Shown here: one piece after another, positions 1-9,358 of the stretch
Layout of the letters: the number at the start of each line of letters is the position of its first letter
Numbering within the stretch: the first letter of the stretch is position 1
Assembly (NCBI GenBank): GCA_002441135.1
Contig: DJVJ01000047.1
Location: 49,078-113,077 of the forward strand
Reading direction: 5' to 3'
Origin: Bacillales bacterium UBA6259
GTDB taxonomy: Bacteria > Bacillota > Bacilli > Tepidibacillales > Tepidibacillaceae
Length of the DNA stretch: 64,000 nt
Made by a program: the position numbers and the translations under genes
The notes under the pieces: model-generated
Told to the model about the DNA's origin: nothing
Seen by the model: the letters and a program-made list of their open reading frames with translations, nothing else
Database searches by the model: none

Positions 1-13
1 TAACAATAATCCA

Positions 14-1090
14 TTGCTAGAAGCATTTAAACAGGCTGCTTATCCAGTCATTGGACATGGTCCTAGAAACCTACAGGTATTGCAAGAGGCTATAGGAAAT
101 ATGAATGGGCAACAAGAAAGTGATATTTATGGAACAGGAAAGATAATAGAAGAATTTCAAGCCAAGATGGCTAATTTTTTAGGGAAAGAAGCAGCGGTAT
201 TTTTTCCAAGTGGCACCATGGCACAGCAAATCGCACTAAGAATCTGGAGTGATGAAAAGGGGATAAAAAAAGTTGCCTATCATCCACTTTCTCATTTAGA
301 AATTCATGAAGAAGATGGATTAAAAGAATTACATCATATAGAAACGGTGTTATTAGCGGAAAAAAGTAGAGTAATTGAGCTAAGTGATGTTCAAAGCATG
401 GATGAAGAAGTTGCATGTTTATTGCTTGAATTGCCTCAACGTGAAATAGGAGGTCAGCTTCCGTCTTTTGAGACGCTTGTGGAAATATCCAATTATTGTC
501 GAGAGAAGGGAATTAAACTTCATCTTGATGGCGCGAGACTGTATGAGGTTCTCCCCTATTATCAAAAGACAGCTGCAGAAATTAGTCAGCTCTTTGATAG
601 TGTCTATATCTCCTTTTATAAAGGAATTGGTGGAATTGCAGGTGCAATTCTTGCTGGAGATGAAGCATTTATAAAAAAATCTAAAGTATGGAAAAGAAGA
701 TATGGTGGGGATCTAATCAGCCTTTATCCATATATCGTGAGTGCTGATTATTATTTTGATCAGAGAGTCAATAAAATGGGAACTTATTATGATGGAGCAA
801 AAGAGCTTGCTCAACTATATAATGAGTTACCGGATGTTTCAACAAGACCTATGGAGCCAGTGTCCAATATGTTTCATGTTCATTTTAGGCGTTCAAAAGA
901 AGAGATTGAATCAATTCTAGTAGAAGTTTATAATAAAACAGGTATTGGGTTAACCAATCATTTAAGGGAAATTGGGGATGAGGAGTGCTATTGCGAAGTA
1001 AGTCTCGGAGACCGATATGTTGACGTACCAAAGCACTTGCTAGAGAAAGCATTCCAGCTAATCAATGAAATGTTAAAAGCAAAGAAGTAA
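14..1090 (+). CDS. PLP-dependent threonine aldolase / beta-eliminating lyase family protein (may be 5'-incomplete: frame is open to the window edge)
   Basis: 358-aa ORF. Segments SDIYGTG, FFPSGTMAQQ, HLDGARL and the lysine context SFYKGIGG line up with LtaE-type threonine aldolases. First start is TTG at 14, with no in-frame stop upstream. Confidence 0.75.
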   Translation: MLEAFKQAAYPVIGHGPRNLQVLQEAIGNMNGQQESDIYGTGKIIEEFQAKMANFLGKEAAVFFPSGTMAQQIALRIWSDEKGIKKVAYHPLSHLEIHEEDGLKELHHIETVLLAEKSRVIELSDVQSMDEEVACLLLELPQREIGGQLPSFETLVEISNYCREKGIKLHLDGARLYEVLPYYQKTAAEISQLFDSVYISFYKGIGGIAGAILAGDEAFIKKSKVWKRRYGGDLISLYPYIVSADYYFDQRVNKMGTYYDGAKELAQLYNELPDVSTRPMEPVSNMFHVHFRRSKEEIESILVEVYNKTGIGLTNHLREIGDEECYCEVSLGDRYVDVPKHLLEKAFQLINEMLKAKK

Positions 1091-1122
1091 ATAAGGATAA
1101 GCATTAATAACCAAAAATTAAC

Positions 1123-1143
1123 AAAAGGGGCCTGGCCCCTTTT
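1123..1143. repeat. GC-core palindrome copy 1 (AAAAGGGGCC-T-GGCCCCTTTT), likely intrinsic terminator after the aldolase gene
   Basis: Perfect 10-bp arms around a central T. Followed by TTTTACC half-arm repeats and a T-run (1141-1160). Same 21-nt core recurs at four other loci. Confidence 0.8.
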
Positions 1144-1277
1144 ACCCTTTTACCTTTTTTTTACATTTTGGATTTTATAAAAATTATTTTTCAAGAGAGT
1201 ATACAAGTGCTATAATCGGTTTTGATATATGAGCTTTATAGAAAAACATACAATGTAGTAATAAGGGAGATATTTTT

Positions 1278-2660
1278 ATGATGAAGGTCATGATTATTGG
1301 TGCAGGAAAATTGGGATATAAATTGGCGGAGTCTATGTTAAATAGCCATATTGACGTTACAATTGTGGATTCCAACGCAAAGGTGATTAGCCGAATAAAT
1401 GACCATTTGGACGTTTTAGCGGTTAATGCAAACGGTTTGGAGTTCGGTGTTCTAAAAGAGTTAGGCATTGAATCCTATGATTTATTGATCGCCTCAACCA
1501 GTAGTGATGAAACAAATACTATTATATGTACATTGGCCAAAAAGCTTGGTTGCAAAAAGACGATTGCTCGGGTAAGAAATCCAGAATATATGGCTCAGCT
1601 TGATGTGATGAAAACGGAAATGGGGATTGATCACATTGTCAATCCAGATTTAGCGATTGCAAATGAAATTAGCCGATTTCTACTAAAAAGCTATAGCTTC
1701 TATTCTGGTGATTTTGCAAAGGGAAAAGTACTAATGTACGATTTTCATGTGAATAGTTTAAAGGCCTTTATTGATAAAAGAATAATGGATTTAACGGGGA
1801 TGGAAGAATTGCTGATTGTTGCCATTATGAGAGACGGCAATATCATCATTCCTAATGGAACAACCATCATTAAAGAAAATGATGTTATTTATATCATTGG
1901 TAAAAGCGATAGCATTCAAAAAATGAGTGCAGAGTATAGCTTAAATTTAGAAAAGCGCCAAATCAAAAATGTGATGATTTTTGGTGGAGGAAAAGTAGGT
2001 TATTATATCGCAAAACAACTACTTCAAGCCAAAATCAACGTAACCATTATTGAACAAAATCGAGAACGTTGTATTTACTTATCAGAGCATTTGGACAAGG
2101 CATTAGTTATTTATGGGGATGGAACAGATATTAATCTTTTAGAGGAAGAAAATCTATCCAGTATGGACGCCTTTATTGGCGCAACGGATTTTGATGAACA
2201 AAACCTATTAATGTCATTGATGGCAAAGCAATCGGGAATAAGCAAGGTTATTGCCAAGGTTAGCAGACCGAATTACGTGCAAATTATCGATAAATTAGGT
2301 ATTGATGTGGCATTGAATCCTGTTAATATTACTGCAAGTGATATCCTGAAATTTATTCGCGGTGGAAAAGTAGTATCCGTATCTTTATTGCTAGGTGGAC
2401 AAGCAGAAGTAACAGAAGTAATTATCGATAAGAGCTTGAGTATTGTTGGAAAGAAAATAGCCGATTTAAATCTACCAAAAGGGGTAATTATTGGTGCTGT
2501 CGTCCATAAAGGAAAAGTGCTTATTCCAAATGGTAGTACGGTTATTGATGCCAATGATCGACTTATTATCTTTTGTTTATCATCCAATATCGATGCTTTA
2601 AATATTTTCTTGAAACATAAAAGAGGAGCACGTTTAAATGAACTATTCCATCGTCACTAA
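1278..2660 (+). CDS. trkA: Trk-type K+ uptake NAD-binding subunit TrkA (two RCK modules)
   Basis: 460 aa with two Rossmann GxGxxG motifs (IIGAGKLG, IFGGGKVG), each followed by an RCK_C-like segment. GGGAG RBS. Overlaps the downstream transporter gene by 23 nt. Confidence 0.9.
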   Translation: MMKVMIIGAGKLGYKLAESMLNSHIDVTIVDSNAKVISRINDHLDVLAVNANGLEFGVLKELGIESYDLLIASTSSDETNTIICTLAKKLGCKKTIARVRNPEYMAQLDVMKTEMGIDHIVNPDLAIANEISRFLLKSYSFYSGDFAKGKVLMYDFHVNSLKAFIDKRIMDLTGMEELLIVAIMRDGNIIIPNGTTIIKENDVIYIIGKSDSIQKMSAEYSLNLEKRQIKNVMIFGGGKVGYYIAKQLLQAKINVTIIEQNRERCIYLSEHLDKALVIYGDGTDINLLEEENLSSMDAFIGATDFDEQNLLMSLMAKQSGISKVIAKVSRPNYVQIIDKLGIDVALNPVNITASDILKFIRGGKVVSVSLLLGGQAEVTEVIIDKSLSIVGKKIADLNLPKGVIIGAVVHKGKVLIPNGSTVIDANDRLIIFCLSSNIDALNIFLKHKRGARLNELFHRH

Positions 2661-4086
2661 ATTAGTGGGAATACTATTGCTTTTTGAAGCAGCGTTTATG
2701 CTTCCAGCGCAATTTATCTCTATTTATTACAATCAGTCTGACCAAAGCGCTTTTTTTATTAGTATATTAATTATTTTTGTCATCGGCTTTAGTATGACTC
2801 GAGTTAAAACCACAAACCAAAAGATTAAGACAAAAGAAGGCTTAGCGATCGTCTCACTAGGTTGGCTATTCACTTCCATCTTTGGCGCATTACCATTTGT
2901 GCTTTCAGGAAGTCTTCCGTCCTTTGTCGATGCATTTTTTGAAACGGTGTCCGGATTAACAACCACAGGAGCATCTGTTGTAAAAGATATTGAGGCATTA
3001 CCAATGGGAATTTTATTTTGGCGTTCCTTTACTCATTGGGTAGGTGGAATGGGGATATTAGTCTTTACTGTTGCGATTCTTCCAATTTTTGGAGTGGGCG
3101 GTTTTCAAATTTTTAAAGCGGAGAGCCCTGGACCAGTAGCGGATAAGGTAGTTCCCCGTATTAAAGATACAGCGAAAATTTTATACATTACCTATATATC
3201 AATCACAATTATCGAATTCATCTTACTGTTATTTGGTGGAATGACATGGTTTGATTCGGCTTTGCATACTTTCGGTACGGTTGGAACAGGTGGTTTTTCT
3301 ACTAAAAATGCAAGCATTGGTGCATATGATAGCACCTATATTCATTTAGTGATTACTATCTTCATGATTTTGTCTGGAGCCAATTTTTCGTTGTATTTTG
3401 CTTTTTATAAAGGAAAATGGCGTGATGCGATAAAGAACGAAGAACTACGCCTCTATTTAACAATTATACTATTAGCAACCGTATTTATTGGAGCGAATTT
3501 GTATTTCACAACTTATGAAGCTAGTGGATTAGCATTTCGAGATGCTTTTTTTCAAGTAGGTTCTCTGATTACAACTACTGGTTATATGACCGCAGATTTT
3601 GACCAATGGCCAACCTTTAGTAAAAGTATTTTGTTTTTACTGTTCTTTATTGGCGGATCTGCTGGTTCAACGAGTGGTGGTATAAAGGTCATTCGAATTT
3701 TAGTGTTATTAAAATTTGTGAAAAGAGAGATTAAAAAAATATTTCACCCTAGAGCACTTATACCGATAAAAATCCAAAATAAATCGATATCCAGTGATGT
3801 TAGTGCGAGCATATCTAGCTTTTTTATGTTATATCTCTTTTTGTTTATTATTGGGACAATCTTAATTTCCCTTGAAGACATTGGATTAGAGAGTGCAGCT
3901 AGTGCTGTTGCTGCAACCTTAGGAAATATCGGTCCTGGTTTTGGGGTTGTAGGACCAACTCAAAACTTTAGCGGATTTAGTGATTTTAGTAAAATAGTAT
4001 TTTCCATTTTAATGTTGTTTGGAAGACTAGAGTTATTTACCATTATCGCGCTAATTGTTCCAAAAAGCTGGCGTAATGAGACATAA
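2638..4086 (+). CDS. trkH: Trk/Ktr-family K+ transporter membrane subunit TrkH
   Basis: 482-aa polytopic membrane ORF with repeated filter-like motifs (GLTTTGAS, GTVGTGGFS, ITTTGY, GGSAGSTSGGIK) typical of TrkH/KtrB. Translationally coupled to trkA. Confidence 0.9.
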   Translation: MNYSIVTKLVGILLLFEAAFMLPAQFISIYYNQSDQSAFFISILIIFVIGFSMTRVKTTNQKIKTKEGLAIVSLGWLFTSIFGALPFVLSGSLPSFVDAFFETVSGLTTTGASVVKDIEALPMGILFWRSFTHWVGGMGILVFTVAILPIFGVGGFQIFKAESPGPVADKVVPRIKDTAKILYITYISITIIEFILLLFGGMTWFDSALHTFGTVGTGGFSTKNASIGAYDSTYIHLVITIFMILSGANFSLYFAFYKGKWRDAIKNEELRLYLTIILLATVFIGANLYFTTYEASGLAFRDAFFQVGSLITTTGYMTADFDQWPTFSKSILFLLFFIGGSAGSTSGGIKVIRILVLLKFVKREIKKIFHPRALIPIKIQNKSISSDVSASISSFFMLYLFLFIIGTILISLEDIGLESAASAVAATLGNIGPGFGVVGPTQNFSGFSDFSKIVFSILMLFGRLELFTIIALIVPKSWRNET

Positions 4087-4117
4087 TTGTGTGGAAAATT
4101 GCAACGAGAAGTAACCC

Positions 4118-4145
4118 AACCCCTTGGTAATTAAGCCAAGGGGTT
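4118..4145. terminator. Hairpin between convergent trkH and DUF2812 genes
   Basis: AACCCCTTGG / CCAAGGGGTT 10-bp stem with an 8-nt loop. Flanking U-tracts are weak. Confidence 0.5.
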
Positions 4146-4192
4146 CCTATTTCAGTTTAACCTTATTTAAGTTTTTCCTTATGCTATTTTCC

Positions 4193-4735
4193 CTATTCTC
4201 TTATTGATTTTTCCTTCTTTAGCTCCTTTATTTTCTTCCTTATAGGTATTCCTAAACTCCAAAACTTTATTACGAGTATAAAAAGAAGAAATGCAAAGAT
4301 AAGATTTATATTGAAAAATTTTGTATGAGTCATACTAACGATAAGATTAATCAAAACAGCCACTAATTCTAGCAGCATCACACTGGTCCAAAAAACATTA
4401 ATTTTCTTATAATACTTTATTTTGGAATCGATATCTGTGTAAATATCGAAATCTCCCTCGGAGGATTTTTTTCTAAGGTAGACCCAACGCATATAAGATG
4501 AGACATATTCAACACCATTTTCTTCCAAAAAATTGATATATGCCTTACTTTCAGGGTGGGTGGGTAATTTATCCAACAGCTCAATTCGATAAGAATATTC
4601 GTTGTTTATTGTTTCTGAAAATACATAGCGACACCAAGAAACATCGGTTAAGGCCAAACCCTTTGCTGACATTTCATTGATCCACTTCTCTTCTTTCTCA
4701 TGATCATAAAACGCCTTTCTCACCACATGCTTCAT
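4193..4735 (-). CDS. DUF2812-like membrane protein (usual partner of PadR regulators)
   Basis: 180 aa with a soluble N-terminal part, then two hydrophobic helices near the C-terminus. Overlaps the upstream PadR gene by 4 nt (ATGA-type coupling). Confidence 0.65.
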   Translation of the reverse strand: MKHVVRKAFYDHEKEEKWINEMSAKGLALTDVSWCRYVFSETINNEYSYRIELLDKLPTHPESKAYINFLEENGVEYVSSYMRWVYLRKKSSEGDFDIYTDIDSKIKYYKKINVFWTSVMLLELVAVLINLIVSMTHTKFFNINLIFAFLLFILVIKFWSLGIPIRKKIKELKKEKSIRE

Positions 4736-5061
4736 TTTGTATCTCCCCCAATCACTTTTTTTCCATTAGCTAACAGCTCTTCTAAGCGAAGGAGTTCCCC
4801 TTGAACAATTGATTTCCCTAGCTCAGTTATGACGTACTCCTTTTTACGTGAATCTTTTTCCCCTTCGAATGACATGATCCAATTTTTCTCTAGTAAAGTA
4901 TTAATAGCGCCATACAAAGTACCTGGCCCTAAGTTGACACGTCCATTACTTAATTCTTTTGCATTTTGCATGATTCCATAACCATGCATTGGGCTAAATA
5001 AAGACAAAAGTATGTAAAAAACCGCTTCTGTTAGTGGGATTTTTTCTGTATTATTCATCAA
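4732..5061 (-). CDS. PadR-family transcriptional regulator
   Basis: 109 aa. Winged-helix segment YILLSLFSPMHGYGIMQ ... GPGTLYGAINTLLEKNWI is the PadR signature. Confidence 0.85.
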   Translation of the reverse strand: MMNNTEKIPLTEAVFYILLSLFSPMHGYGIMQNAKELSNGRVNLGPGTLYGAINTLLEKNWIMSFEGEKDSRKKEYVITELGKSIVQGELLRLEELLANGKKVIGGDTK

Positions 5062-5077
5062 ACTATACCTCCTATAT

Positions 5078-5151
5078 TTATATCGTTAACCGCTATATCT
5101 TTAGTCGTTATATCGTCTTACGTAATAATATTATATCGCGTACCGATATAA
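5078..5151. promoter_or_regulatory. padR upstream control region with four copies of octamer TTATATCG
   Basis: TTATATCG at 5078, 5108 and 5131, and inverted at 5144-5151. The last two form an 8-bp-arm inverted repeat with a 5-nt spacer (5131-5151). Confidence 0.45.
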
Positions 5152-5210
5152 GTGTCAATCATTGCTAAAAAAAAGGGGGAAAGTAGGATTTTAGAGATAC
5201 TTATAGAACA

Positions 5211-5259
5211 AGAATATTGATAGAAGAAGAATATTGATAGAAAAAGAGTAATTGATAAG
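5211..5259 (+). repeat. Direct repeats AGAATATTGATAGAA x2 plus a degenerate third copy, upstream of the PstS-like gene
   Basis: Identical 15-mers at 5211-5225 and 5228-5242 (17-bp period). Related AGTAATTGATAAG at 5247-5259. Confidence 0.6.
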
Positions 5260-5300
5260 GGAGTTTCGAAATTTTATATTTGTATCGGAGGGGAATTTTC

Positions 5301-6176
5301 ATGAAGAAACAACTTAGTTTAATGACTATTGTTATATTATTAATCGTTAGCCTTTTTTTCGTATATCAAGATAAAGGACCAAAATTTTCGTTAGATAATT
5401 ATCCTAAAGTAGATGGTTCGACAGTGACTATACCATTATCAGAAGCCATTGCCTCAAAACTAACTGGACGAAGTTTAGAGGAAGTTAGGCCATATATTTT
5501 ACATAATAAAACCCATGAGGCCTATGTTAATCTAATCAATAAAAAGGCGGATATCATATTTGTAACTAGCCCTTCCGCAGAAGAACTTGATTTAGCGAAT
5601 GAAAAAGGGGTTGTATTAGAAGTAATCCCAATTGTTAGTGAAGCATTTGTCTTCTTAACACATACAGAAAACCCAGTAAATAATTTAACTGTAGAACAAA
5701 TAAGACAAATCTATGCTGGAAATATTACCAACTGGTCAGAGGTTGGGGGCTATGATGTGCCTATTATAGCGTATCAGCGTCCAGTTAATTCAGGAAGCCA
5801 AACTGGTTTTCTAGAGCTAGTGATGAAAGATCTTACTCCAATGATTCCACCAATGGAAAGAGTAGTTGCTGAGATGGGTGCGCTAATTGACGCAGTAGCA
5901 GCATATAACAATGTTCCTGATGCCATAGGTTATTCCTACTTTTATTTTGTGGTAGACATGTGGGGAAATGAGAAGGTTAAATTGTTAGAAGTAAATGGGG
6001 TGTATCCTAATCATGAAACAATACGAACAGGAGAGTATCCTATAAAAACTTCCTATTATGCGGTAATCAGAGAGGATGAACCAAAGGATAGCAAGGTAAG
6101 AAAAATGGTTGAATGGATTTTATCTGAAGAGGGTCAAAGCCTTGTTGAGGAGGCAGGATATGTTAAAATCAAGTAA
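5301..6176 (+). CDS. PstS-family (PBP-like) substrate-binding protein, membrane-anchored or secreted
   Basis: N-terminal hydrophobic anchor. DGSTVTIPL, NITNWSEVGG and QRPVNSGSQTGF resemble phosphate-binding PBP_like_2 proteins. ATG at 5301 follows a GGAGGGG RBS; the track start at 5280 is less likely. Confidence 0.7.
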   Translation: MKKQLSLMTIVILLIVSLFFVYQDKGPKFSLDNYPKVDGSTVTIPLSEAIASKLTGRSLEEVRPYILHNKTHEAYVNLINKKADIIFVTSPSAEELDLANEKGVVLEVIPIVSEAFVFLTHTENPVNNLTVEQIRQIYAGNITNWSEVGGYDVPIIAYQRPVNSGSQTGFLELVMKDLTPMIPPMERVVAEMGALIDAVAAYNNVPDAIGYSYFYFVVDMWGNEKVKLLEVNGVYPNHETIRTGEYPIKTSYYAVIREDEPKDSKVRKMVEWILSEEGQSLVEEAGYVKIK

Positions 6177-7632
6177 GCAATTCATTAGCATAATTTTCCT
6201 AGTATTGCTTTCTCTTATGGGCTGTAGTACAGCTGTCGATGTTTTTCCTAACCCACATTCTAACAATAATTCAGTAAATAATGAACTAAGTAAGAAGGAG
6301 CTTTATGCACCGATAGAGATCTCCTATGTGATCGATAATCCGCTTGAAATTGAGAATATAGACGTATCTGAGAGTGATAAGCATCAAAGAACTTATTTTC
6401 AAATTAGTGGTTTGGTGGATAAAACGGTGGAAAATACGATTAATCAATCTATTAAATCACTATTTGAGCAGATGATTCCCTATACAACTGGAGAAAAGCT
6501 TCCACCCTTTCGTGGAATTGCCTCTGTTCTTCCTAAAGGTATAACAATTAGTGATAGCTCAATAACAGTTAGACCACAGTTTAATAGCAATAATGTTCTG
6601 TCTGTTATGGCTAATGCTTATGGAACCTATATTAGTGATAGAAATATTTATTTTTCTGTTAGTGATGCAATAAATTTCGATCTTAGAACAGGTGAGACAT
6701 TTTCCATTGAAGCTTTTTTTACGGATGATGCTAATGGCCTTTCATTGGTGAATGATGCAATCACAGAAGAGCTTACTCGTTTAAGTTTAACGTCAAGCAT
6801 GAATGGAGATCCATATTCGTACTTGAATTTGGTAGCTCCATTTAAAGGAATTAGTGCTAATCAAAAGTTTTTTATTAGTAATAGTGGACTAAATGTTATC
6901 ATAGACCACAATAACCCTGAGTTTGAAATAGGTTTTTTTAATCAGCGGGTGAATGTTCCTTTTTTCTCTGGTAATAGACAAATTGCTATTACAGAGCGTT
7001 TTTATGATAAAAACAGTACCATTTTCATAAAAGAGGCTGTTAACAAACGCTTTTTGCACGATTTTAAATTTAATAAAGGAATAGATAGGAATTCGTTTAC
7101 CAAAAACGGGATACAATGGTATGTATCCAAAGAAAGAGCTGAGGATTTACCTGATAAACTGATAAAAGCAATGGATACTCTTCAAGCTGTCCAGGATAAA
7201 AAGGTGTCCGTTATTGCTCAACATTCTCCTGTCCTGTCTGTAGAACAAACGTTTAATGCTAACCATATTGGTGCATATTATAATATTTCTAGTTACTTGT
7301 ACATTGGCCGCACGAATGATATGGTTGGTGAGACTGTCAATTATGTTTATTATGAGGATGGGGAATTAGTAAAGCTAGAAGATTTATTTGTGGAAGGATA
7401 CGATTATCTTACTTTAATTAGTCAGGCATTGGAACAAGCATATAAAGAAAATGGACGATCCAAAGCTACAAATATAGAAGATGTAAAAGAGAATCTCATG
7501 TTTAGAATGGAAGACACTTATATTTCCTTTTTTGAAAAAATGGATCTATCATCATCCAATCAAAGCCAAATTATTTTCCATATTCCATATCAACAGTTTG
7601 GGTTTAATCATCTAACCATTTTTGATAACTAG
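6160..7632 (+). CDS. Putative lipoprotein, function unknown (DUF3298/DUF4163-like by composition)
   Basis: Lipobox LSLMGC after a hydrophobic signal when started at ATG 6160 (GGAGG RBS). Overlaps the PstS-like gene end by 17 nt. Domain assignment rests only on recalled sequence character. Confidence 0.55.
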   Translation: MLKSSKQFISIIFLVLLSLMGCSTAVDVFPNPHSNNNSVNNELSKKELYAPIEISYVIDNPLEIENIDVSESDKHQRTYFQISGLVDKTVENTINQSIKSLFEQMIPYTTGEKLPPFRGIASVLPKGITISDSSITVRPQFNSNNVLSVMANAYGTYISDRNIYFSVSDAINFDLRTGETFSIEAFFTDDANGLSLVNDAITEELTRLSLTSSMNGDPYSYLNLVAPFKGISANQKFFISNSGLNVIIDHNNPEFEIGFFNQRVNVPFFSGNRQIAITERFYDKNSTIFIKEAVNKRFLHDFKFNKGIDRNSFTKNGIQWYVSKERAEDLPDKLIKAMDTLQAVQDKKVSVIAQHSPVLSVEQTFNANHIGAYYNISSYLYIGRTNDMVGETVNYVYYEDGELVKLEDLFVEGYDYLTLISQALEQAYKENGRSKATNIEDVKENLMFRMEDTYISFFEKMDLSSSNQSQIIFHIPYQQFGFNHLTIFDN

Positions 7633-7654
7633 TCTAAAGCTTAAGGAGAAAAAT

Positions 7655-8392
7655 ATGAACAATTACAAACTAACCATTCAATATGATGGAGGGCGCTATA
7701 AAGGTTGGCAACGACTTGGCAATACTGAAAATACCATTCAGGGTAAGATAGAAAATGTCTTGTCTGAAATGGTCGGAAAAAAAGTTGAGATTATTGGATC
7801 AAGCAGAACGGATGCTGGTGTACATGCCCTTGCTCAAATCGCTAATTTTAAAATCAGTGAGAATCTAAGTGAAGCAAAAATTAAAAAATATTTAAACAAG
7901 TTCCTTCCTCAAGATATTAGCATAGTTGATGTAGAACTTGTTCCTGATCGTTTTCATGCTCGATATAATACCACCGACAAAACCTATCTATATAAAATTT
8001 GGAATGAAGAGCATGTTCATCCTTTCATGAGGAAATATAGTTTACATGTACCAAAAAAGCTTAGTCTTGCAAAAATGGAGCAAGCAGCGAAATATTTCCT
8101 TGGGTCGCATGATTTTACTGCCTTTTCCAATGCCAAAGCAAAGAAAAAGTCGATGGTGCGTGAAATTTATTCGATCACGATCGAAAAAGATGAAGGATTC
8201 ATTGAAATTAGAGTTCGAGGAGATGGATTTTTATATAACATGGTTAGAAAGATGGTAGGAACAATCATTCAGGTAGGATTAGGTGATTTAGAGCCGGAAA
8301 ATATAGCCGGTATTATTGAGTCAAAGGAACGCAGTCAAGCTGATTCCATTGCAGATGCGAGTGGCTTATATTTGGAGAAAATTAATTTTTAA
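7655..8392 (+). CDS. truA: tRNA pseudouridine(38-40) synthase TruA
   Basis: Start MNNYKLTIQYDGGRYKGWQ. Catalytic-Asp context GSSRTDAGVHA. AAGGAG RBS 7 nt upstream of ATG 7655. Confidence 0.9.
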   Translation: MNNYKLTIQYDGGRYKGWQRLGNTENTIQGKIENVLSEMVGKKVEIIGSSRTDAGVHALAQIANFKISENLSEAKIKKYLNKFLPQDISIVDVELVPDRFHARYNTTDKTYLYKIWNEEHVHPFMRKYSLHVPKKLSLAKMEQAAKYFLGSHDFTAFSNAKAKKKSMVREIYSITIEKDEGFIEIRVRGDGFLYNMVRKMVGTIIQVGLGDLEPENIAGIIESKERSQADSIADASGLYLEKINF

Positions 8393-8398
8393 TGCTTT

Positions 8399-8436
8399 AA
8401 CAGGACTTTTGCTTAAAAAAGGGTCCTGTTTTTTTA
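8399..8436 (+). terminator. Intrinsic terminator after truA
   Basis: AACAGGAC ... GTCCTGTT stem followed by T7. Confidence 0.75.
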
Positions 8437-8714
8437 CTGTTATTTATTAATGTTAATTTCATACAACGATTGAAAAAGAAAGGGATTATCATTTTTTTAG
8501 AGAACTTAATCTAAAATTATATCTCAAAAAGTAGAGGTAAAAAGAAATGGAAAATCCAAAAAGGTCATTATCAAGGAAACTAAAACTCTTAGTCCCAATT
8601 GTAATTATTAGTGGAATACTTTTGAGAGTGGAGAACTAGAAAAATTGTTAGAGGATGCTAAAAAAAATAACACAAATGGGATTTATGTAATTTTATACAA
8701 AAGCAGGTGATTAA

Positions 8715-9287
8715 ATGATTAGTTTCACCCCATTTCCTATTTTAGAAACCAAAAATCTCATTTTAAGAAGAATGAATTATAATGATATTGCCGATTTATT
8801 TGAAATGAGAAGCGATCCACGAATGCATCAATTTACAGATACAAAGATAGAGAAAAGTACTGAGGAAACACTGGCCTATATAGATAAGATGAATAAAGGG
8901 ATTGATGATAATCAATGGGTTATTTGGGTGATTGAACATAAACAATCAAACCGAGTTATTGGATCAATCAGTATTTGGAATATTGATTACAAAAAAAATA
9001 GTGGAGAATTAGGCTATGGAATTAATCCTAAATATCAAGGAATGGGCTTTATGAAAGAATCCTTAACGCAGGTAGTTGAATATGGCATTGATGTGATGGC
9101 TTTAAATGAATTATACGCCTACACAGAAGAGGAAAATCTAAGGTCAATCAAACTTCTTGAAAAGTGTAATTTTAAAAAGATTGCTAGAGTTGATGAACAA
9201 GGATATTTCAATAAAAATAAGGTTTTTCATATGGTAATTTATAAAATAACCAAAAGCAAAAATAGTATAGGGAGTGAATCAAACTGA
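8715..9287 (+). CDS. GNAT-family N-acetyltransferase (RimJ/RimL-like)
   Basis: 190 aa with the acetyl-CoA motif region GYGINPKYQGMGFMKESL. AGGTGA RBS. Confidence 0.8.
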   Translation: MISFTPFPILETKNLILRRMNYNDIADLFEMRSDPRMHQFTDTKIEKSTEETLAYIDKMNKGIDDNQWVIWVIEHKQSNRVIGSISIWNIDYKKNSGELGYGINPKYQGMGFMKESLTQVVEYGIDVMALNELYAYTEEENLRSIKLLEKCNFKKIARVDEQGYFNKNKVFHMVIYKITKSKNSIGSESN

Positions 9288-9358
9288 ATACCGAAAAAAT
9301 CATAGAGTTATCCCAAAAATACTATAAGCGCATTGTTGAATTAAGACACCAGGTCCAC

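Noticed and set aside
1144-1277. c-di-AMP (ydaO/kimA-type) riboswitch upstream of trkA.
   Set aside because: The leader is only about 90 nt after a plausible TGcTATAAT promoter. It contains none of the conserved pseudo-two-fold ACGGGGA/CCCG elements.
5211-5259. Canonical PhoP (Pho-box) array upstream of the PstS-like gene.
   Set aside because: The TTGATA cores are spaced 17-18 bp apart rather than the roughly 11-bp periodicity of Bacillus Pho boxes. The repeat is kept as a finding, but the Pho-box interpretation is not supported.
8547-8710. 30-codon ORF (MENPKRSLSRKLKLLVPIVIISGILLRVEN) followed, in another frame, by an open stretch ending KNNTNGIYVILYKSR. Possible frameshifted remnant of a membrane-anchored protein between truA and the GNAT gene.
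   Set aside because: Both pieces are very short, no family could be recognised, and the RBS is weak (GAGG 12 nt upstream). This is not enough evidence for a gene or a pseudogene.
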